DNA from: Octopus sinensis
Taxonomy: Eukaryota
Direction of reading: 5' to 3'
Assembly: GCF_006345805.1 (NCBI RefSeq)
Contig: NW_021823813.1
Span: 1-21,026, forward strand
DNA length: 21,026 bases
Translations under genes and position numbers: made by a program
Part shown: in pieces, positions 10,205 through 20,628 of the stretch
How positions within the stretch are numbered: position 1 is the stretch's first letter
Layout of the letters: each line of letters begins with the position of its first letter
Notes under the pieces: model-generated
Database searches by the model: none
What the model was told of the DNA's origin: nothing
The model's input: the letters and a program-made list of their open reading frames with translations, nothing else

Positions 10205-10388
10205 AAAACACAAAGAGAAAACACAACAACGCGAGGACGTGGAACAAATATAGTATTATTGGACGCTCAGGAAGGAAGGAGGGTTTAACGTTTCGAGCGG
10301 AGCTCTTCGTGAGAAACATAGGAAAAGGAAAGATCCAAAGAAGGGAAGACGGAGGGGAAAAAATCGCCAACGGTACACACGCGGTCAA
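10205..10388 (-). mobile_element. Penelope-like element LTR/3' remnant
   Basis: Contains a hammerhead-like motif followed by CTTCCTGAGCGTCCAATAATAC. Related in layout to 4410-4590. Confidence 0.55.
10283..10317 (-). ncRNA. Minimal type I hammerhead-ribozyme-like motif (G5 to C core variant)
   Basis: Minus strand reads GTTT-CTCACGA-A-GAGC(TCC)GCTC-GAAAC-GTT/AAAC. Stem I is GTTT:AAAC, stem II is GAGC:GCTC. Confidence 0.55.
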
Positions 10389-10733
10389 TAAAAATATATA
10401 TACACACACACACATACATACATACATACATACATACATACATACATACATACATACATACATACATACATACAAGCAACATTTGTAGAACGTAGAAAGA
10501 AGATTAGTAACAGTAACGTAACTAAAAAATCGAAAATTAACCTTCTTCCCAACTCTATAAACAGAAACGAAAACGTGAATGATGTAAGGCCACCACGTGG
10601 TTTCGCAGCTAGCGACATTCCAACAGATTCCATAGTGCGTGCCAACCAAACAACATTACTAGCTCAAGTTACTGACCACTGTCCCCCTACTACGACTATG
10701 GTAAATAGCAAGCACAACCACAACGATTATTGT

Positions 10734-10734
<1 letters not shown>

Positions 10735-10770
<36 letters not shown>

Positions 10771-10798
10771 AGTAGTAGTAGTAGTAGTAGTAGTAGTA
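10735..10798. repeat. (GTA)n trinucleotide microsatellite
   Basis: Directly visible; one interruption. Confidence 0.95.
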
Positions 10799-13295
10799 AA
10801 GATTATATGCCAGTGAAATGTGCTCTTACTGAACTTTTCCGAGAAAAATAACTTTGGCTTCGAAGAACTCGCTCGAGGAGAGAGTATACTCTACCAACGT
10901 AAGTAAAAACCACCAGATACGGTATTAAAAGCTGTTAACGAAATTGGTGATGAATATTTACAACAGTGTGATGGACCCACATTCTGGCAGCTTAATGCCT
11001 GTCTATATGTTCTGGATACTACTGCAAAGCAATATATGAATGACATTCAAAATGTAAACAAAACCGAAATAACAAAGAAAGTACCATCATGGGTTTTGAA
11101 GACAGAGAAAAAGATAACTGATTAACGGAAGACCATCAGCCTGTAATGAGGCTTATTGCATGCAAATAAGCAAATCCTTATATGCCCCACCAACAGAAAG
11201 TAAAGAAAGAGATAGAAATTATGTTTGGAGACAGCAAAAAAAGGACACTCATTGCAAACTGATTACCCTCAAACAGGAGCTAAAAACTCTCAGTGAAAAC
11301 TCCGACATCAAAAGCGAATAACCGAGAGAAGAACAATAAGCAAAAAATTTAACCGCAACCAGGCAGCAGTATACAGAGACATGAGAGGAGGAGCAGTAAA
11401 TATCACCGAAGCTCCTTCATGAGAAGACATAGACTCTTTCTGGAAGAAAATCTGGAGCGAAGTGAAGAAATTTAACCAAGACGCTCTGTGGTTGGAAGAA
11501 ATCCGAAAAAGTTATTGCTCTTGCGTTACATCTAAGACATACAACATTGATGGTGAAACTCTTGCAACTGTGGTCCAGAAACTCCATGATGGAAAAGCAC
11601 CTGGAAGAGACTTGATTGTTGGATATTGGTACAAGAAGCTAGCATTCTACCGACCATATCTTATCAATTTGTATCAGGAAGCTTTCATTGGGAACAGTAG
11701 TATACCACACTGGTTAACTCTGGCAGAGACAAAATTGATCCCCAAATGCAGAACCACCCATATGGCAAAAAACTACTGACCAATTGCATGCCAGAACTTA
11801 ATGTATAAGATATATACAGCACGGGTTCCTCCAGAACCATAGTGAAACCAATAACATTATCACAGCAGAACAAGCAGATGGGAAGAAGGGAGTCTGGGGA
11901 TGTGCCGAGCAGTTGTTAATCAAGAAAGCTGTGATGTCAGAGGTGTGAGAGCAGAGGAGGAACCTAGTTTCAAAGTGGCTAGACGACAAGAAAGCCTTTG
12001 ACTCTGTTCCCCACTCATGGATGTTAGAATCCCTTCAACTTGCTGAAGTTTCAATGAGAATAGTCAAAGCCATAGCCGACCTGACTTTATCGTGGGCCAC
12101 CATCTTGAAATTAAACACAAAGAGTGACTTTATTATCACCGATAGAATACAATATCGCAAAGGCATATTCCAAGAAGACAGCCTCTCTGTGATGTTGTTT
12201 ATACTTTCTGTAAACTCCTTGTCATTCATGTTAAGGATGTCTGAAGGATATCTCACTGGTTCACAAGGAAACAGAAATGCTAAAATTACACACTGTTTAT
12301 TTGTAGATGACTTAAAACGTAATGCAAAAAATATGCATGAGATGAAAAGAGCCTTGACCTAGTTATAACATTCTCAAAGGATGCAGGGTTGGAGTTTGGT
12401 CAGGATAAATGTTGTTATATGGTTGTGAATAGGAGGAAAACTATAAACCAGACTAGTAACATCTCCATCAATGATTTGACTGTTTCCCTTGTATCTGACG
12501 AGGAATATTACGCGTATCTAGGGGTTGATGAAAATATATCTTACAAAGGCACCCGTAACAAAACACGTGTCACTAAAGAATATTACAGTTGAATAAAGAA
12601 AATTTGAACCTCAGAACTCTCTGCATTCAACAAAACAGTGGCCCACAATGTGTTTGCAGTGCCAACATTTGGGTTGCTTGATTGGACGCTTGATGAAATC
12701 CGAGCCATTGATGTGAAAACCCGTAAAATACTAACAACCACACATAATTTCCACATAAACAGTAATGTAAAACGAAAACAAGGTGGCAGAGGCTTAACAT
12801 CGATCCAAAATGCCTTTGAATGTCGCATCATATCCCTTCGGCAACATCTTTTAACCATCAAGTGTCGAAGTGCATCCCTTGACCAAGTTTGCATGCATGA
12901 GGCTAATAACATCATAAGACTTGGAAGGCAGCTCCTTGAGTAACACTCTTTGTCTGATAACCTAGAATATATGCCCAAAGAAGTCGCACGACTCTACCAC
13001 AACGGATCATCAGATGATAGGATGAGACTGTGTGAGCAGAAGACTATGCATGGATATGTTAGTAGAAAGCTCCGTGATGATAGTAACATCGATCATCAAA
13101 GCAGTTTATCATGGACCAATAGCCGGATTACTACCTCCCACTTTGAAGGGTATACGTTTGCAATCCAGGGACAGGAAATATCGACCAGGTACTTGATGCA
13201 CAAACGGGATAGAGATGCAGGTAAAGCCGTAAAATGTGACGACCAACGCAGACGGTGGAGTTCTCACTGAAGATATCGCCCACGATGAAGACTGC
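10799..13295 (+). mobile_element. Decayed R4/Dong-clade-like non-LTR retrotransposon (reverse transcriptase pseudogene)
   Basis: Fragmented RT motifs in order: KAPGRD, KNY*PIACQNLMYKIYT, EQ...GVWGCAEQLL, WLDDKKAFDSVPHSW, KGIFQEDSLS, THCLFVDDLK (12288-12317), FGQDKC, KQGGRGL, MHG, and a decayed C-terminal CCHC-like region near 13230-13285. Many stops and frameshifts. No restriction-like endonuclease domain seen. Confidence 0.85.
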
Positions 13296-13473
13296 CTGTC
13301 ATGTTGGGAGTCACCTTGAATAAAAGCTTGATTGGTTAAGACAATATAATATTTGATCTACAGCCATTTGTAATGGTCAATGATTTTGGTGTTTGTTTTG
13401 TTTTTAGTGATTTGACGTGTGGTCAGTTAAGGCAGTGTGGTGTAGTGCAAGCCACATCGTACCTCTTATTACT

Positions 13474-13851
13474 GGAGGCGCAATGGCCCAGTGATTAGGG
13501 CAGCGGACTCGCGGTCATAGGATCGCGGTTTCGATTCCCAGACCGGGCGTTGTGAGTGTTTATTGAGCGGAAACACCTAAAGGCTCCACGAGGCTCCGGC
13601 AGGGAGTGGTGGCGATCCCTGCTGTACTCTTTCACCACAACTTTCTCTCACTCTTACTTCCTGTTTCTGTTGTACCTGTATTTCAAGGGGCCAGCCTTAT
13701 CACTCTCTGTGTCACGCTGAATATCCCCGAGAACTACGTTAAGGGTACACGTGTCTGTGGAGTGCTCGGCCACTTACACGTTAATTTCACGAGCAGGCTG
13801 TTCCGTTGATTCGGATCAACCGGAACCCTCGTCGTCGTAACCGACGGAGTG
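13474..13851 (+). mobile_element. tRNA-derived SINE (octopus OK/OR-like family), copy 1
   Basis: A box TGGCCCAGTGATTAGG, B box GGTTTCGATTCCC. Highly similar full-length copy at 18674-19058. The family name is from recall. Confidence 0.9.
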
Positions 13852-14287
13852 TTAGTGCTGTTGTCAACTTGGTCCACGTACATCAGATACGTTTGAATTA
13901 TTTAGTTCTTGTTTTTGTTTTTATTTTTGCACTTGCAGCTATATTTTCCAGTAAGTGCGTGCATAGTTGGGCCGTAGAGCTCTACATGCATCATCATATG
14001 GTTTGCCTTGTGTGATCGGTAGTAAGGAGTGTCGGAGCGGCGAAACATATCTTTAGCGGTGTCCGCTCTACGTGATGTGTGGGTCCGCTGCCGTTGCCGC
14101 TACCTTCTGCTTGCTGCTCACGGTTGCATGTCCGTCTAGTAATATTTGATCAATTGCAAATTTCTTCGGAAAGTGCTCTTTATTACGCAGCAGCGAAGGA
14201 GACCATTACGAGTTTTGAATGGCTTTTCATCATCATCATCATCATCATCAACAACATATGTATGTATACACACACACATACACATAC

Positions 14288-14360
<73 letters not shown>

Positions 14361-14362
<2 letters not shown>

Positions 14363-14793
14363 CTCTTTTACTTGTTTCAGTCATTTGACTGCGGCCATGC
14401 TGGAGCACCGCCTTTAGTCGAGCAAATCGACCCCGGGACTTGTTCTTTTGTAAGCCTAGTACTTATTCTATCGGTCTCTTTTGCCGAACCGCTAAGTAAC
14501 GGGGACATAAACACACCAGCGTCGGTTGTCAAGCAATGCAAGGGGGACAAACACAGACACACAAACACACACACGCATATATATATATATATTATATATA
14601 ATATATATATATATATACACACATATATACGACAGGCTTCTTTCAGTTTCCGTCTACCAAATCCACTCACATTGCTTTGGTCGCCCCGAGGCTATAGTAG
14701 AAGACACTTGCCCAAGGTGTCACGCAGTGGGACTGAACCCGGAACCATGTGGTTGGTAAACAAGCTACTTACCATACAGCCACTCCTGCGCCC
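14361..14793 (-). mobile_element. Full-length tRNA-derived SINE, copy C (reverse)
   Basis: Reverse complement of the 7741/8454 family, including the internal microsatellite and GTAAAAGAGTA tail. Confidence 0.9.
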
Positions 14794-14835
14794 ATATATA
14801 TATATATATACACACATATATATATATATAGACAT

Positions 14836-14895
<60 letters not shown>

Positions 14896-15189
14896 CACAT
14901 ACACATACATAGTTGTATTCATATTTATACATTATGTGCCTGTTATTCATGCATACATACAAGTGTGTATATTTACATAATATATATCAATTACTACGCT
15001 TGCATATATATATATATGTTAGTATATATTTTTGATGAGTCCTTTGTTCGCTTGACTTTTGTTGTTCTTGTATATCCAAGAACTTCTATAATAAATTATG
15101 TGTGTGAATATTCATTTAGGTATACATATGCCTATATGCGTATGCGGGGGTGTATATGGATGTGTGTGAATAGATGTTTATGCAAATGT

Positions 15190-15486
15190 ATGTATACATT
15201 GTATGTGTATGTATGTATATATATATATATACATATATATGTATGTATGTATATATGTATACATATATATGAATATATATATACACACATATGTATATAC
15301 ATATATATGTATATATATATATATATGTATGTATGCATATATATATACATATATATATACATATATATGTATATATACATATATATACATATACATATAT
15401 ATGTATGTATGTATATATATATACATATATATGTATGTATGTATGTGTATATATATTATATATATATACATATATATATGTATATA
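15190..15486. repeat. Long compound (TA)/(TACA)/(TATG) microsatellite
   Basis: Directly visible. It abuts the 5' truncation point of the CR1-group LINE. Confidence 0.95.
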
Positions 15487-17052
15487 AACTCAGCTGCTGG
15501 ACCAGATGGATTCCCAGCAGTCCTCCTAAAAACATGCAGGCATGCCCTAGCGGGACCACTGAAGATGCTCTTCAGTGGTTCCTTGGCTAACGGTAAACTG
15601 CCAGGGCGCTAAAAGAAGGCACCATATGCCCTATCCACAAAGGAGGGAGTAGAGCAGAGGCCAAAAACTACAGGCCAGTCTCCCTGACGTCACACATAAG
15701 TAAGGTCATGGAACGAATCATCAGAAAAAAACTGATCACGTTCCTCGAAGAAACTAACCGTCTCACTGACACACAGCATGGCTTTCGCCCAGGAAGAAGC
15801 TGCCTTACGCAGCTGTTACAGCACTACGACTGGGTACTGAAACAACTACTGGATCGCTCACAGGTGGATGTGGTATATCTCGACTTTGCGAGGGCCTTTG
15901 ACAAAGTCGACCACGGAGTGATATGTCACAAATTACTCAGACTCGGCATAACAGGAAAAGTAGGTGAGTGGATACATGACTTCCTGAAGGACAGAAGCCA
16001 GATGGTTGCAGCCAATGGAGCCCTCTCGGGAAAGACACCAATAGCAAGCGGGGTGCCACAGGGCACAGTCTTGGGACCCTTGCTGTTTTTGGTGGCGCTC
16101 TCTGACATGCCCTTGGTAGCACAAACAACATCCCTCACTAGCTATGCTGATGACACAAAGGTAGCACAGGCAATCAAAAACCCAGCTGATGCTGACCTTT
16201 TACAACAAGATCTGGATGCCATATACAAATGGGCTGAAGACAACAACATGCAATTTAATGCTGGTAAATTTCAAGCCTTACAATATCAAGCTGTAACACA
16301 TATACATTACAACACAACTATACTGGTCCAGGAGGGATCGAAATCCCAGTATCGAAATCAATACGGGACCTGGGGATAGACATGAGTGACGATGCATCTT
16401 TTTCTTCACACATCGCGAAGGTGGCGACAATGTGCAGACGACTCACTGGCTGGATCCTGAGGACATTCCGGACAAGAGACTGCGAGACCATGTTGACACT
16501 ATGGAGGACATTTGTCCTAAGCTGCCTAGACTACTGCTCCCAACTGTGGTCACCGCATAGTGTCAAACTAACCACAGAGCTTGAGACAATCCAAAGACAT
16601 TTCACCAAGAGGATTTCCACCATGAAAGAAAAGAACTATTGGGAGAGGCTTAGGGAACTCAATTTGTACTCCTTGGAACGAAGACGAGAGAGATATGCAG
16701 TGATATACATATGGAAAATCCTGGAGGGACTAGCACCAAATTTTGGAATTGAGAGCTGTTCCAATCCCCGTACAGATCGTCACTGTGTGGTGCCAAAGGT
16801 CCCGTCTTCCACATCCAGGTAAGGAGCAGATACTGTAATAGCCTGGGGTTCAGGGGCCCTCAGCTGTTCAACAAACTGCCAAGAAAACTAAGAGATCTAC
16901 ATGATGCGGATGTGGACATTTTCAAAAAACATCTAGACAAGCTGCTTTCCGGGATCCCAGATGAACCCACTGCAAGGTACGAAGGTAACCTAAGGGCAGC
17001 AGCTACAAACTCTCTCTTAGATCAGTGGCCAGCCACGGCAAACTGGACTTAG
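15487..17052 (+). pseudogene. LINE ORF2 reverse transcriptase, about 3 frameshifts (~15606, ~16300, ~16815)
   Basis: SAAGPDG, NYRPVSLTS, QHGFRPGRSC, YLDFARAFDKVDH, SGVPQGTVLGPLLF, YADD (16143-16154), RDLGI, LDYCSQLWSP, LYSLERRRERY, and GPQLFNKLP in successive frames. Confidence 0.9.
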
Positions 17053-17137
17053 AGAGGGTAGCAACAAGGGCGGTGCCCCAGCATGGCCTCAGCCGGATGG
17101 CTGAAACAAGTAAAAGAGTAAAAGAGTAAAAGAGTAA
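15487..17137 (+). mobile_element. 5'-truncated CR1-group LINE with intact 3' UTR and (GTAAAAGA)n tail
   Basis: RT region plus C-terminus, natural stop TAG at 17050-17052, short 3' UTR, and tandem GTAAAAGA tail. Confidence 0.9.
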
Positions 17138-17160
17138 TATATACCTATATAAATACATAT

Positions 17161-17193
<33 letters not shown>

Positions 17194-17284
17194 GGGTATA
17201 CTATACATACATACCTTATATATACACGCACGTACGCACATACATTCAAATATGCCTACACATATTTGTGTTTATGTGTGTGCT

Positions 17285-17316
<32 letters not shown>

Positions 17317-17644
17317 TGTATGTATGTATGTATGTATGATGTATTTATAAAGCAAATATACTTCGCAACAGCTGGCACCATCATCAGTTGCAATCTGACT
17401 TTGCCATTACCTGTTGAATAACATTAATAGTAGCGCTTTCCTCAGCGTTTTTTTATTGTTCTTTTCTTTATTATTGTTTGTTTTTAGTTTCTCCACGTTC
17501 TTATCTCTTCTTTACTCGTATATGCATGATTCTCTCAATTTATTTGTTTGTGATACAATCGTGGGTTGTCATTTCTTTCAATCATTCTCTTACTTCCAAT
17601 ACATCTTTTTCTGCTGTCTTTCTTTCTGTGTGTGTGGGGGGGTG

Positions 17645-18043
17645 TTAGTTAAGTTAAGTTAAGTTAAGTTAATTTTTTGGCTTAAAAAGCAAAAAGCAAG
17701 GCCATCTAGGGGGACATGGAGTTATGTACAGGGAAGGTGTTCATGCAAAGAGTTCAGGCCATTTCTGGTCAAGAGAGGCTTTGAACCGAGCGGTCGTCGA
17801 CATCTTCACTATCTCGTCCGGCAGCTTATTCCACGGATCCGCAACCCGGACGGAGAAAGTCCCTCTCCTTCGATTGAGATGAAATCGTCGCAGATAGAGC
17901 TTTTCGGAGTGACCCCGCAACCTACGCTCTGGAGCAGGAGTGAAGAACAGCTCTTTCGAGAGGTTACACTTTCCGCTTATGATGTTGTGAGCAAGAATGA
18001 GATCACCACGGCGTCGTCGTTTTTCTAAAGAATAAAGGTCTTC

Positions 18044-18048
<5 letters not shown>
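17645..18048 (-). mobile_element. 3' end of a second CR1-group LINE with a (TTAAC)n tail
   Basis: ORF 17741-18049 reads YSLEKRRRRGDLI...RGHSEKL...FSVRVADPWNKLP...FKASLD, a typical CR1 ORF2 C-terminus. It is followed by a short UTR and a pentamer tail (GTTAA x5 on plus, ~17648-17672). The 5' end abuts (CT)n. Confidence 0.85.

Positions 18049-18049
<1 letters not shown>

Positions 18050-18108
<59 letters not shown>
18050..18108. repeat. (CT)n microsatellite
   Basis: Directly visible. Confidence 0.95.
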
Positions 18109-18111
<3 letters not shown>

Positions 18112-18673
18112 CGCTCGCTCCTTCTCTCTCTTTCTCTTTCGCTTATCCCTTACATTGTTTTTCTTATCACTATTTTTCCGAATCGAAAATGTCTTCTAAT
18201 CTGCCCAGTTTACTCATTACCATTTTTTTCATAATCACTACTGTAGGATAAAGACTTGATCAATATATAATGCTGTGTGTGTGTATGTGTGTGCGTGTAT
18301 GTGTGTATGTGTGTGTGTGCGTGCGTGTATGCGTCCGTGCGTGGAGGGAACAGTTGTTCTTTTAGGCTTCTTATTTTGAATATGACCTTGTTTTACCTTT
18401 AATATGAAGGGTTTTTCAAATTTTTATGTGAATTCTTTGAAGTTGGTTTCAAACTGTAAAGTACCTAAACCCATCATCGACATTTCCAGACCTTCACATT
18501 CTCAACTTCAGGCCACAATGACGTTGGCCTATGTTCCTCTTTCTTTATAATCGGGATGGATAACATGCTAGCTGTAAATATGACCGCAAGAATTTGAATT
18601 TTGATCATTAAGTTTACTCGTTTTCAGTCAGGTGTTTATTTTTGCTTCTATTATTGTATGTTGTTTGAAAAGT

Positions 18674-19058
18674 GGAGGTGCAATGGCCCAGTGGTTAGGG
18701 CAGCGGACTCGCGGTCGTAGGATCGCGGTTTCGATTCCCAGACCGGGCGTTGTGAGTGTTTATTGAGCGAAACACCTAAAGCTCCACGAGGCTCCGGCAG
18801 GGATGGTGGTGATCCCTGCTGTACTCTTTCACACCACAACTTTCTCTCACTCTTACTTCCTGTTTCTGTTGTACCTGTATTTCAAGGGGCCGGCCTTGTC
18901 ACTCTCTGTGTCACGCTGAATATCCCCGAGAACTACGTTAAGGGTGCACGTGTCTGTGGAGTGCTCAGCCACTTACACGTTAATTTCACGAGCAGGCTGT
19001 TCCGTTGATTCGGATCAACCGGAACCCTCATAGTCGTAACCGACGGAGTGCTTCCACA
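18674..19058 (+). mobile_element. tRNA-derived SINE, copy 2, with 12-bp target-site duplication
   Basis: Homologous to 13474-13851. ATGTTGTTTGAA occurs at 18658-18669 and 19058-19069. Confidence 0.92.
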
Positions 19059-19569
19059 TGTTGTTTGAAGATTTATGTAAGTATTGTGCTGGATGTTTAT
19101 TTTAGTAGCATCGCTTTCCTCGTCAATCGTCTATTTTTATGTGGAATTCTGTATGTTTATAGATGGGTTGTCCGTTAATACTTTCCTTTCTAGTTTGGTT
19201 TTGTAGTGTAGCAAATTACAATTGCTCTTTTCTGTAAGTGCATGGTGAACCGTAGGGAGAGTGTCGTCTTTGTATAGCCACTAAAATAGTTGAAGTCATG
19301 GAGTTTACAACATTCACACTTGCAGTCGAATTTATACATCAAATCAAGACTCCAACTACTATATTGGCCATACAGGTACGAAAATTTCTCGACGGTTCAC
19401 CATTCATTTATAAAAAGGGAAATAGCAATGCTCTACACCACACTATTTTCCGGTCAGTTCGAAAGCACATCTAGTGCTGGTGTCTTCCACATACTCTTCC
19501 ACCGCTATAATTCTCCAGGTTCAACTTCGGTGACACCTTCCGCATCATTGCCTGAATATTCGCCACTCT

Positions 19570-19783
19570 TTGTGTCTGCGTTTGTCCCTCGTTACTGCTT
19601 GATAACCGGTGTTGGTATACTGACGTCCCCGTAACTTACCGGGTCGACAAAAGCGACCTTTAGAATAAGAACAAGATTTAAAAACGAATAAGTACAGGGG
19701 TCGATTCATTCGACTAAAAATTCTTCAAGACAGTGCCCCAGCACGGCTGCAGTCTAATGACAGAAACAAGTAAAAGATAAAAG
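19570..19783 (+). mobile_element. 3' half of a divergent SINE related to copies A/B/C
   Basis: GTCCCCGTAACTTA...AGAATAAG...GGGGTCGATTCATTCGAC...CAGTGCCCCAGCACGG...GAAACAAGTAAAAGATAAAAGA. Confidence 0.8.
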
Positions 19784-19784
19784 A

Positions 19785-19936
19785 CACACAGACAGACGGA
19801 AAGACAGATAGAGAGGTAAACAGACAGACAAACAGATAGACAGACAGACAGACACAAGAAACAGACACACAGAGACACAGACACACACATAGAGACAGAC
19901 AGACTGACAGACAGACAGATAGACAGATAGACAGAC

Positions 19937-20023
<87 letters not shown>

Positions 20024-20030
20024 CAGGGAT

Positions 20031-20128
<98 letters not shown>
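19785..20128. repeat. (GACA)n/(GATA)n array
   Basis: Directly visible. Confidence 0.95.
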
Positions 20129-20129
<1 letters not shown>

Positions 20130-20192
20130 TCAGTTAGTTGTTCATATGTCTGGCAAAAATCACACTTAATATAATAGATCGGTGTATACACG

Positions 20193-20223
<31 letters not shown>

Positions 20224-20292
20224 CGTTGTGCAAAATATGTCATGTTATGGAATATAATTTGTCAAAATGATTGATAGCTCTTCTGACATATC

Positions 20293-20597
20293 AGGCGCAT
20301 GGCTCACCGGTTAAAGCGTCGGGCTCACAATCATAAGGTAGTGTGCTCGATTCCTGGACCGGACCGTGTGTTATATTCTTGAGCAAGATTCTTTATTTCG
20401 CTTTGCTCCAGTTCACTCAGCTGGAGAAATGAGTTGCATGACATCTTGGGCAAACGTTATTTTCTATAGTCGTGGATCGGTCCATACGTTGAGTGAAACT
20501 TGGTAAACAGAATCTATATAAAAACCGATCATGTGAATTGTACTAGTGATTCAAAAGGTACAGCGTTGTCACATACTGTGTCAAGCTGATTCTGCCA
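20293..20597 (+). mobile_element. Degenerate tRNA-derived SINE
   Basis: A-box-like GGCGCATGGCTCACCGGTTAAAG, B-box-like CTCGATTCC, core TTCTTGAGCAAG...TTGCTCCAGTTCACTCAGCTG. The 3' part resembles 13681-13722. Confidence 0.7.
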
Positions 20598-20628
20598 GAT
20601 ATTTATATTTATATTTATATTTATATCA

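Noticed and set aside
11462-13270. Functional reverse transcriptase or telomerase-like host gene
   Set aside because: Numerous stops and frameshifts and altered conserved motifs (QEDSLS, DDKKAFD). It is a dead retrotransposon.
14965-15612. 215-aa ORF and overlapping YI/HT-rich ORFs
   Set aside because: These are AT microsatellite readthrough. Only the last ~40 codons are LINE RT sequence.
19326-19375. 50-nt plus-strand exon (TTGCAG|...CAG|GTACGA)
   Set aside because: Weak polypyrimidine tract, no recognisable product and not frame-preserving. Insufficient support.
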